NCBI GenBank assembly: GCA_002104945.1
Contig: MCFH01000008.1
Coordinates: 558,001-622,000 of the forward strand
Source: Piromyces finnis finn
Lineage: Eukaryota > Fungi > Neocallimastigomycota
Direction of reading: 5' to 3'
Length of the DNA stretch: 64,000 bases
Shown: piece after piece, positions 1 through 11,723 of the stretch
Numbering within the stretch: the first letter of the stretch is position 1
Layout: each line of letters starts with the position of its first letter
Notes under the pieces: generated by a model
Told to the model about the DNA's origin: nothing
What the model saw: only the letters and a program-made list of their open reading frames with translations
Databases searched by the model: none
Position numbers and translations under genes: made by a program

Positions 1-2907
1 TAAATGAAGACAAAGGGAGAATTTATATAGGAAAAGAGTATTTAATAAGAATTAATGAATTACGGTCATCTTCTAAATTATTTTCGGAATTTGAATTTAA
101 GCGTATGTTAAAAAATTATAACTAAATAAAAGTTTTTCTCTTTTTTAACTAAGTATGTATTCAAATATCGAAATAAATTATATACATAATTCATATATAT
201 AGGTGAAAAAGAATTGGTCGATTTATGGACAAAATCAAAAGAAACTTCAACAATAATAGTAAATTCAAAAATCGAAGATCCAGCAACAAAGAAAATAAAA
301 ACAGAAGAAAAATTACAAAAACCAATAACTAATCTAATAAACTTAGATTTAAATAAAGAACATGTTGAAATTCCATTACAAAATGAAAAGAAAAATGTTG
401 AAAATATAAAGCAATTAAAATTTATTGAAGAACAACAGAAAAAGCATCAGAATTATATAAATAAAACTCAAACTTCTTCAGCTACAGCATCACCATCTTC
501 TGTTGATATGAATTTATCATCACAGCCAGCTTCAACATTACTTGGTAGTTCAAATAATAAATCAAATTCCAATACCAGTAATATTGTAAAAACTGAAACT
601 AAAGTTCCAACAAATAAAATTAGTAATACTTTAAATTCTAAAACCATTAAAATCGAAACAACAAATAATAATTCAAACTCGGTTACTACAACACCATCAA
701 AAACTTCTATACCAGGAACAGGAACTGTAAATATTACTACATCAACAATAAATTCTACTTCGATATCATCAATACCAACAACAAATGTAGCCGTCAAGAA
801 ACAATCTATACCAAATACACCAAATGTCTCAACTAGTAAAAATAGTACTTCCCCAATAATTAATAATTCAAAAGTTACAAATAGTACAAAATCATCAGGT
901 GTTAATACACCAGTTAAAGCAACATCTATTTCATCAAATACATCATCTTCCACAAAAATAGCTAATACTGTAAAAACTACAAATAATCAATCTATAACAA
1001 ATGTAACAGTAGCTAACAAGAATATAAGTCCAACATTGAATGTAAATAATACAGTACCTAGTATTACATCTTCAACTGTTAATATAATACCAGCAGTTTC
1101 TTCAATAAATTCCACGGTTTCTGCAGCCAATGATCCAAGAGCAGCAGCAGTTTTACAAATGCAGAAAAATAAGCAAAATATACAGAATTTGCCAAGTAAA
1201 CAATTACAACAATTACAACAATCGGCAATTAGACAACAATTATTAAATAAGCAACAAGAAAATAAGCAACAGAGTCAAGCACAACCTCAAACAACGCCTG
1301 TTCAACCTCCATTACAAACAACTTTACAAAACAGAGCTAATAACCCAGCACAAGTTCAACAACAAAATAATATACAGTCTATTGGATGGAAAGGTCAGCT
1401 TTGTAATAGAAAAGATAATGCAGAAATAGAAACTGCTTTTGATTTGATAGCTAAACCTTGTATTTTTGATAATGATAATAAATCAATTAAAAGTGAAGAA
1501 TAGTAAGTTGTTATTAAATACAATGAATAATAAAAAGGTAAACTATGAGAATAAATAATATTAATCATTAAATTTAATTCATAAACAATTTCATTATAGT
1601 TTATTTGATGCATGGCCTCCAAAATTAATAATTGATCAACTACTTAATGGTGATATAAGTAAATTTATTGAAGCTAATAAAACTTTAATGCCATTTGTAA
1701 AATTTGAACCACAAGATCATGATAAAAGTAGCTACCAAAGCCTAGTAAAAAATTTATCTGATAAAAATATGGTAAATTATTCCTTTTATATATATATATT
1801 GGTATATAATATATGAATTATTAACATATTAAATATTATATATTATATTCTATATAATTTTGGATATGCACTATTAAAATATATAGTTTGGTATAATTCA
1901 TTTTACTAATAACAATAAGTTAAAAGATAAGCAGGGATTATTATTCTATCAAAATAATCAAGTATTATATGGTGTGGTATTTATAAAATATTATATAACA
2001 ACAATAACAGATGTAATTGAAAAACAAGAAAAACAACAACAACAACAACAACAGCAACAACAACAACAACAACAACAACAGATATTAAATTCAAATGTAT
2101 CACCACAAATGACAAAACATAATCCCGTCTTATTATCACCACAATCAAGAACCAAAACTCCAGCACAAGTTGTCCAACAAGTTAATGTCAGTACACAAAA
2201 TATTCAAACACCTTCTAATCAATTCCAAATAAATCAAAATCAAATAAAAGCAGTAAAAGATGCTCAAGCAGTACAAGCAGTACAAGCAGTACAAGCAGTA
2301 AAAGCACAAGTACAAGCAGTACAAGCGGCACAGGCTGCAGTAAAGGCTGCCCAAGTACAAGTTCAAAGTCAAACTCAGCCTTCAACTTCACATATAGCTT
2401 TATCTGCAACACCATCACTAGGTATTACTCATGCAATTGCATCTTCACAAGTTCCTATTGGAAATATTCAAAATCAAAGAATGCCATACCAAATGGGACA
2501 AATTAATTCTTTCCAATATCAGCAACAACAACTTCAACAACTTCATTTTCAACAACAACTTCGTCAGATGCAAACAAGTCAAATGTTATTACAACAAACT
2601 CAAATGACAAATCCAATTTATTCAAGTAAATATATATTTATTCTTTCTTAAACATTTATATAAAATAAAAGCGTATTAATAGTATATCTTTTATTATTTA
2701 ACAACTTAAATAAGGTATATTTGTGCAACAACCACAGCAAAGGCTTTCACCTGAACAACAACAACAACTGATTCTGTAAGAAATATTTATAAAAATTTTA
2801 TATTCCTATTATTTATTGATTATTAATATTATTATATTACTATATTATTTAGTTTACGCATGAGGCAACAGCAACAACAACAACAACAACACCACCAAGC
2901 TTCTTAA
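1..2907 (+). CDS. Multi-exon MED25-like Mediator subunit (ACID/PTOV-like domain followed by Q-rich tail); 5' end lies outside the window
   Basis: Exons at about 1-102, 203-1502, 1600-1771, about 1920-2626 and two short 3' exons ending in TAA at 2905-2907. Spliced peptide GWKGQL...DAWPPKLII...MPFVKFEPQD...SLVKNL...LLFYQNNQVLYGVVF resembles the MED25 ACID domain (W.G.L...WP.KLI...LLY...MGLI) and is followed by poly-Q. The exon junction at 1772-1920 is unresolved; a SPOC-type domain is the alternative. Confidence 0.55.
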
Positions 2908-3215
2908 AAATAAATAATATTAAAATATTCTATCAATCAAATAAATAAAAATGATCTTACAATTTATATATATATATTAAATAGATATAAAAATTAAATA
3001 ATATTGTTATTTTCATAATTTATATTATATTTCATTTAATGTTTATAAAAAGAATAAAGTAATAAAACTTATATTTTAATAAATAATATATAAAAGTATT
3101 TAAATAATGAACTATATATATAGTATATATATCTTTACAACATGACTAGATAATATAACTTTATTAATTTTAAATATTTGAAATCTTAAACAGTTGTAGT
3201 GAATATTTATTAGTT

Positions 3216-6015
3216 TTATATATAATTATCTTCTACCATTTCATCAATATTATTTTGTACTTCATTATCATTATCATCACTTCCAGATATTTTTTTTTCA
3301 GTATTTTCTATACCTTCTTTTGCTTCCTCTGAATCAGAATTTAATCTATTATTAATTAAAATAAAAGTTAATAATAATTAAAATTTTAATTAAAAATAGA
3401 GGAATGTCTATATTTAATATGTACTGTAATGCTTTTTGGAAATGGTTTAATGCCTTCATATATTCTTCAGCTTGTAAATATATATTTCCCAACTTAATAT
3501 TTATTTTTTCTGTATTGTTATTATTATTCATTAAATATTTTTCCAAACTATGATTAAAATTTTAGAAAAGTTATATTATATTATATTGAATTGGTTTATA
3601 TTAATAACCTACAATTCAATTGCCTCATCTTTCTTCATTTCATTCATTAAAAAGTCAGCATAGAATAAAATGGCTGGTTCATATTGCGGATCAATTTCCA
3701 TGATTTTTTTAAATATTAAAGGAACCTTTTATTAAAGTTTTTAATAATTAATAACAAAGAAAATTTCAATAGATCAATAATTTAATAATTTATTTGATTT
3801 TAATTAGCATACCTTATCTTTTAATTCAATGTCAATTGTAAATGTTTTTCCTAGTAGAGTTAATAATCTAGCAGATTTGGGCATCATTTCTGATGCTTTT
3901 TTAGCTATAATATATGCTTCTGCCGGTTTATTCATAAAACTATATGAATCAATCAAACCTTCATATGCTGCATAATTTACTGGATCATGTATTAATGCTG
4001 TTCTGAAACATTTTATTGCATTTGTTGGTTTACTTTGAGATAAATATATATTTCCTAAAATATTTTTTATTCTTTATTATTTGAAATGATTTTTCAATAT
4101 TTATATCTTAAATTTACCTTTTTGTATTAATGCTTCATAATTATAATTATCAAGAGCAAGTGCCTAATAACAATAATATTTTAGTATTTAAATCAATAAA
4201 AATGAGTAATTAATTTTTAAATATACATTAATTTATTGATATTTTTAATTCATTTGAAAAATTTACTCTATCAATAAATGCCATTGCACTTTCAAGATCA
4301 TTTTTCATAATGCTATAATGTGTCATCGCAATCCAACTTTCGGGTCTTTCTTCTGAAATTCTTATTAATTCGTCAGCTAATCTTTATATAATATCGAATT
4401 ATAATAATATAACAATATGTGTATTAATATTTATCCTATTAAAATATTACATGCGATTTTGAAATCATACCTATTAATTAATATTGACTTATTACTATAT
4501 TCCTTTAAGACCGATGAATATATATCCATTTGATCCATTAATAATGGATCTGCATTATGTAACTATAAATTAATATATATTTAAAATTAAAATAATTATC
4601 ATTATTGTTACTGTTGTTGTTGTTATTGTGATTTTTACCTGTGTGTATGAGAAATATGCAGAATCAATTTTTCCTAAGCGATAGTAACAATCAGCAATTG
4701 CTTGCAATATATATATGTTTTGGTAAAATTTTGAATTAATTATCTGAAACGAATTTATAGCCTCTTATAATATATAATATTTAAATAAATTATTTAATTG
4801 ATTCTAAAGTTGAGTTAATTATAAAAAAAATTAATACTATATATTGAATAAAAAAATAAAAATTACCATTAAGTTGTCCATTATAAATTTTATACTTTGC
4901 TTCAATATAGTCTTTTACAAATTTAATATTTTCTGTATCTTTTGAAAATAAAATTCTTAAAGAATCATCAATTTTACCACCATATTTTATATATTCAGTC
5001 CATATTTCAATTGCTAAAGGCTGTTGTCTTTAAATATAAAAATTTAAATTCAATTGATTTTATAAATTAAAATGAAACAAATGTTAAGAACTTCAAAATG
5101 TTTTAATGTTCATAGAATTAATATTAATTAATACTATATATATACTTAATAGCCATTTTATAGTAAAGGATAGCATTTCTTAATGTTCATGTTCATATAT
5201 ATATGAATGTGTATTAAAATGTAATTATTGAATTACTTTTATTAAATTTTATATTAAGCATTTTCATTTAAAAACTTAAAGCATTACCTTAAATCTCCTA
5301 TTTGAATGCTTATTTTTCCAAGCGATATATTGACTGCTAGTGGACGATTTAAATAATTTATGGATTCAAACTATATAAAATAATATTTTTATATTTTATT
5401 ATTAAAATTTAAAGTATTAATTTAGAAACTTTTTTCTTGAAAAATCAATAATTAATATTTTCTTTATATACATATATATATATCAAATTTTACAATTCTT
5501 TTTGCTTGAGTATAATCTTTAATTTTTAAATAGCAATTCCCAATTTTCTCCTTTAACAAATTTATTTTGTGGTCATATCCAGTCTTAGGAATGCATTCAA
5601 TTGCTTTGGTATAATAATTCTTTATAAACATAAATATATATATATATATATATTTAATTTAATAAATTACATTTTAAATTAATTATATATCTACAACGAA
5701 CTTACAACTGCTCTTTTAAATTCATTTTTCTTTACTAAACAATCAGCATATAATGAAAAAACTTCATATGTAACACATTTTTTAATTTGTGTATTCTGTA
5801 CTTGAAATATTATAAAGCTTAACTATTGAAATATACATGAAATATACATATATTTATATAATATTTATATATTAATTTATTATGTTTAAATAATTTTTAC
5901 TTTTTATTTTCTATAATAATAAATATTAATTTGTTACCATTAATTCTGCAGAAGAATACAATTCATCTTCAATTAACACCTTTACTTTGTTTAGAGTGTC
6001 CTTATATATATCCAT
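3216..6015 (-). CDS. ANAPC7: Anaphase-promoting complex subunit 7 (TPR protein), multi-exon
   Basis: ATG at 6015 (MDIYKDTLNKVKVLIEDELYSSAELM). C-terminal exons give YEGLIDSY...EAYIIAKKASEMMPKSARLLTLLG...IMEIDPQYEPAILFYADFL...INIKLGNIYLQAEEYMKALNHFQKALQ...EEAKEGIENTEK, collinear with animal APC7 as I recall it. TAA at 3218-3216. Confidence 0.8.
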
Positions 6016-6257
6016 TTTTCTGTATTCTAGTATTTTTTTTTTTTTTGTTGAGTATTTTTTTTAAAATAAAAATTTTAAAACTTCATTAGAAATTTTTGTA
6101 TAACTGAAATAAATAGATAATTTTTATTTTATTAATTAATTTATAAATCCAATAATATATTAAAATTTTCCTCCATTTATTTTATATTAATTTTAATTGC
6201 CAGGGATTAAAAATTTCTTAATGTTTTAAAATTTAAAATTTTATATTAAAATTTTAA
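6016..6257. promoter_or_regulatory. Short divergent intergenic region, probable bidirectional promoter (ANAPC7 / PEX22)
   Basis: Head-to-head ATGs at 6015 (-) and 6258 (+) are only 242 bp apart. Confidence 0.5.
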
Positions 6258-6952
6258 ATGACTGCAAAATCAAAAAATTTGTTATATAAATTTATTGGAG
6301 GGGTTACTGTAGCTTCATTAATTGCCGTCGGTTTATGGTGGCTTAATTCAATGGATGACGAAGATGAAGTTAATGAGTTTATCCAAGTACCTGATAACGA
6401 TAGTAATAATATAGATAAGCATTCAAAAATCAAAATGGTTATATCAGGAAAAAATGTTAGTATTTAAAAAATATAAATAAATTTTTAAAAGGAAAATTTT
6501 ATTTTCGTATAAATAATAATAATGATAATAAATGTTTATAGATTATATTAAATCCAGATAATCCAACTGAAATTGATGATAATCAAATATCAACTCTATT
6601 TGCATTATCTGATAATTTTGATATATATATTGTAATACAAGTAAAAGATGAAAATGAACAAAATGAAATCTATAGTGCGATTAGTAGACATGAAATTTTT
6701 AAAACAGGAGTATTAAATATCAATAAAGTTTTATTTTGCGCAACTGCACCCGGTAAAGGACATATTGCAAGACATATTGAACCTTATATTTTTGTTGATG
6801 ATAATGTCGAGATTATTGACAATTTTTCAAAATTTATACCCAAGTCAATTTGTATCACTAATTCAAATCCATCTTCATTAAAAGCAAAAAATAATGTAGA
6901 AGTAGTTGATTCATTAGATAGAAGTAGTATAATGAAAATTAAAATAAATTAA
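6258..6952 (+). CDS. PEX22: Peroxin PEX22 (plant-like form; N-terminal transmembrane anchor), 2 exons
   Basis: Exons 6258-6455 and 6542-6952 join in frame across a GT-AG intron. Hydrophobic segment FIGGVTVASLIAVGLWWL, then DIYIVIQVKDENEQ...KVLFCATAPGKGHIARHIEPYIFVDDNVEIIDNFSKFI, matching the PEX22 motif KVLFCST..GR.SFVRQLEP.WHID. Confidence 0.8.
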
Positions 6953-7374
6953 ATTATCTTTTTTATTTATTTATTTTTATTAAAATCAATTATTTATTAA
7001 AACTTTAAAATAAATTCATATATATCTACATTTGTAATAGAATGATAACTAATTAACAAATTGTTATAGAATAAAATATTTTTAAATGAAGTGAAATTAA
7101 AAATTCAAAAAAAAAAAAAAAAAAAAAAAACATAATGCAAATAAATAATAATGATTATAATAATAATTCAAATTTAATATATATTTAAATATATATAAAT
7201 AATATCTCTATCAATATTTAAAACATCTAATTTAAATGATATTTCTCCAAAAAGAAAATAATAATATAATAATAATAAACAAAAATCAAATAAATACTTG
7301 TTATTCTTAAATGTTACTAAATAAAGTTTATGCTATATATTGATATTGTTATAATAAAAATCTATTTTTCTAGT

Positions 7375-7417
7375 ATATGTCAATGCCAATATATATTATA
7401 TATTGGCATTGACATAT
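7375..7417. repeat. Perfect 21-bp inverted repeat with a 1-nt spacer
   Basis: atatgtcaatgccaatatata (7375-7395), t, tatatattggcattgacatat (7397-7417). Confidence 0.95.
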
Positions 7418-7470
7418 TAAAATTTAATATATATATTAAATCTTTTTAAATTTATAATTTAAATTGCTTG

Positions 7471-10400
7471 TTAAGAAGATTCGATAATATTTCTTTGAAT
7501 TCTCATCTTTTTAATTATGTTAAAAAGTTAATAATATTATTTATAATTAAAGATAGTTAAATAATTAGCAATAAATAAATATATAAATAAATTTTATATT
7601 AAATACATACTTGATTATTCATAATATTCTTTAATAACTTTATTTTATTTTCTTTAGTCTCATCTTCTCTACTTACAGCATATGCAAACATTTGTGAAAC
7701 AACACTTTTTGTACCATTTCTATTACAGATATCTTTGTCATCCTGGTTACAAAATATTGAATCCACAAGTGTAGATGAGTCTGTTGAAAATGGGCTATTT
7801 AAAATTAATTGTTCTTTTTGAAGGCTCATATAATATTTATTTATATTTTCAGAAGTATCAAGTGTTAATACTTTTTTTGTTTTTGACAATAGATTTCCAA
7901 ATTTGAATTTTTTGATACCTTGAGGAAGTGAAATTCTTGAACTACCAGTTTTCAAAGATAATGAGCTATTACTTTTATTATACTTCTTCAAAAAATTAAA
8001 ATTATCTTGCCCTCCAACATTATTTGTGAAATCAAAAACTTTTAACTTTTTATATTGTACGTACGACCTCATCCATGGATTTTTCAAAATATCTGGTATT
8101 TTTGCTCTTTGATTTGGATCAAAACAAAGCATTCTTGTTAATAGCATTTTCAATTCTATTAAATGTTATCATTTAATTGTTATTTTAGCTTCTTTTAAAA
8201 ATAAGAAGAAAATATACATATTTTAAAAACTGTTAATTATATATACCATATGACAAATTATCAGGATATTCAGGTCCACCTTGATAATAATGATTATTGA
8301 CATTAGAAATTCTTAATAATTTTAAAGAATGGAATTATCAAATTATAAACTTACTATACATAAGGTCAATCATATTATTATCATTCATATTTGGTTGAGA
8401 TGGGTCAAAAGGTAAGATACCAGTAGTAAGAACATATAATACAACCTATATAGATTTAAAGTTTTTTATTATATATTTAAAAAAATTAATAATATTTAGT
8501 TAATATTAATATAGTTTTAATTTTTAATCTACTATTTGATGAAACATAATATTTTATGTTTTATTATTTTATATTAATTTCTTACACCAAGTCCCCATAT
8601 ATCAAGTTCTGGTCCCCAATAAGGCTGGGATAAAATAACTTCTGGCGCTTGATATACAGGAGAACCACAAAATTCATTTATTTGTGAACTTAGATTAGTA
8701 TAGAAGCATGCACTTCCAAAATCTAATAATACAATTCTTCCTGTTCCTTTTTCTATCATGATATTTTCACATTTTATATCCTGATAAAAAAAAGAAGAAA
8801 AAAAAAAAAAAGGAAAAGGAATATGAAAATTAATAATATATATTGCCTTATTTTTAATTATAAAATCTTAATACATACTCTATGAATAATATAATTATTA
8901 TGAAGATATTCTATAGTATAAAGATAATTAATAAGACAATAAGGAAAGTTAAATAAAAAATTATTCATTTAATAAAGTATTTTCATCAGAAAATTAAAAT
9001 ACAAACGTAAAGCTACAATGACTTCATATATAATTTCTCTAGCTTTCTTTTCTGGTAAACTTCCATTTTTCATAATATAATCACATAAATCTTCACCGTC
9101 AATCTTCTCAGAAATTAAATAGAAATAGTTTGCTGTTCTTACCATATATCTATTTCATAAATTATATTACATATATTGTTAATCGTAATGATAATAGTTA
9201 TTTTTATCAAATTATCATTAATAATTAGTTATTTTATATAAAGCTAAAAATAATAAATTACTTCATATATAAAATATTTGGATGAATAAGAATTGAAGAT
9301 ATTGTTGCTTCCCTTAATAAATCTAATTCGTAATCTAAATAATACTGATAAGTTTCTGAATTTTTATTTATTTTAGGTTTTTTTGCTCTTGGAATAACTT
9401 TGCATACCAACTACAATATTATTTTTAAATATTTTAATATAATATTTAAGTATCACTTTTTTATATGAATAATTTTTTTATTAAAATTATTACTTCTTCT
9501 TTCGTTACTAAATCTTCTGTTGCACGAATTTCACCACATCCTCCCCTTGCCAATACATATGTTAACTTAAATCTTTTATCAATAATTTTTTCTTTATATG
9601 GTTCTTGCGAATAATCATTATTACATTCCACCTCCTGATTATTCTCTACATCAATTATTTGATTATTTTCATATCTATCAATGTTTCCATCGATTTTAGA
9701 AGCTTCATAGTCTAAATTTTGTTTTTCATCGATTTTAACTTTATCTTTGTTTCCTTCATCGATAACTTTTAATAATGGCTTTTCTTTATCTAAATCCTTA
9801 TTTATATTATCTATTTCACTATTATTTATAATTTCAACTCCATTTAATAAATCTGATTTATCTATAATAGAAAAATCTTCACTAATTTGTTCATTTACCT
9901 CTTCATTTATATTCACTTTTTTATTATCATTATCATTTTCATTATTGATTTCTTCTTGATAATCTTTAGCAATATCAATTCTAATAATACTTTCTAAGAC
10001 TTTATTAACATCAAACATATTGAACTTCTTCTCATTAATGATATGGTTAATTTCATCTTTCTCACTTATATTTTTATTATTCAATTCTTCTTCTACCATT
10101 TTATTTTCTATTCCATTTTCGATTTTTTCTATATTATCTATATTAGATAACGAAAAGGCTGATCTTTCTATAATTTCGTTATTACAACTTTCATTCTTAA
10201 ATTGAGGTAAAGATTGAACTGATTCCTTTTTGTAATTATTAAATAATATTTCTGATGGGAATACATTTTCATTTGATTTAGTGATTAATGTTTCCGCTGA
10301 TTCCTTATCAAAAAATTTTATTTTTTCTTTAACTGAAAAATAACTACCTTTTTTAGAAAAATTATTATTATTTGTATGCTGAGAATGAGAAATCTTTTCT

Positions 10401-10567
10401 TCTTGTTTTAAAAAAAAAGAATTTTTTACAACTTTCTCTTCATCCTCTCCATATAAAGTTCCTAATGAATCATAGACATTATTAATACGTTTGTTCTCAA
10501 AACTTGAAAACTCCTGGTTTTCAAATCTATTAATAAGATTACTAATACTAATATGACTTGTTTGCAT
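7471..10567 (-). CDS. Ser/Thr protein kinase, CAMK group (Kin1/MARK-like), with a long acidic Asn-rich N-terminus; multi-exon
   Basis: Gly loop LARGGCGEI, VCKVIP lysine, LREATISSILIHPNI, HRDIKCEN, DFGSA, FCGSPVYQAPE, DIWGLGV, LTRMLCFDPNQRA. Last exon MRIQRNIIESS ends in TAA at 7473-7471. Confidence 0.9.
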
Positions 10568-11723
10568 TATAATATAAATTTATAATACTTTTATATTTGA
10601 TGTATATAATATATATAAACTATATATATCTTTTTTCGATTATTATTTTATTATATTATATTTATTACTAATTTTATAACTATTAATATTCTTTTACTAC
10701 TGGTAATATTATTATATTTATTATAATTAATATAATTAATTATATGTTAAAAAAAGATTTTTCGAAAAAAAAAATAATAATAATAAAATAAAAATAAAAA
10801 TAAAAATAAAATAAAAAAAAGCATATAATATATAATAATATTTAAAATAATTTCATGGATAAATCATAATCATATTTTATTTATATTTATAATTAAAAAA
10901 TTAAAATATTATTAAAATTTTTATATTTTCCTCTTTTTTATATTTAAAAACGTACAAGTAACTATTCTATGATTATATATTACTGGTTTCTTTTTAAATA
11001 TGAAAACAAAAAAAAAAAAAGACATTTACATTTTTTAATATAGACAAACTATATTATTTTATTTTTTTTTTTATTTTTTTTTGATAATTTATTATTTATT
11101 AATTTTTTTTTTTTAATATACCTATCACTTAAATATAATATATATATATAAAGAAAAAGAAATAAATCAACAAATGAAAATGGAAAAATAAAATGATATA
11201 ATTATATTTCCAAAACTTTAATTATATATTTCTTTTAAAATAGACAAAGTTAAAAATTTTATTTTTAAAATTAGTAGTTTTAATATTTTACACATAAAAG
11301 TAATTTTTTATAATGGTTTTTAATACTATCATATAATATATCAAAAAATATGTTAATTGATAAAAAAAGGCTTTTTCTATATTAATAATTAATCATTTAT
11401 GAAAATAACGTAATAATAAATAAGCATAATTACATTAATAGTTATAAAATTTTATTATAAAAAATGATAAATATAAATAAATATTTTTATTTTACAAAAT
11501 AAAACTTCTTTTAATATCAATAATTAAAAGTTTTCTTTGATTGGCAAAAAATGTTAACTTTTTGAAAATTTAATTTTAATTTATACCAGCTTTTTAATTA
11601 AAGTTTAATTTATATTAATAAAATAAATATTGAGAATTTTAAAACTATTAATTAATATTTTAAGAATTAAATAAACCATCTTTTTATTATAAATTTCTTA
11701 AAAAAAAAAAGCAATACACTTCA

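Noticed and set aside
468-953. 161-aa minus-strand ORF and similar antisense ORFs (9747, 19024, 20644, 29693, 37773, 51776, 57833 and others)
   Set aside because: These are shadows of real genes on the opposite strand or in another frame; hydrophobic low-complexity translations with no motifs.
1772-1890. Possible non-canonical micro-exon GYALLKYI in the MED25-like gene
   Set aside because: It fits the domain, but no AG acceptor precedes it; it cannot be separated from a sequencing error without reads.
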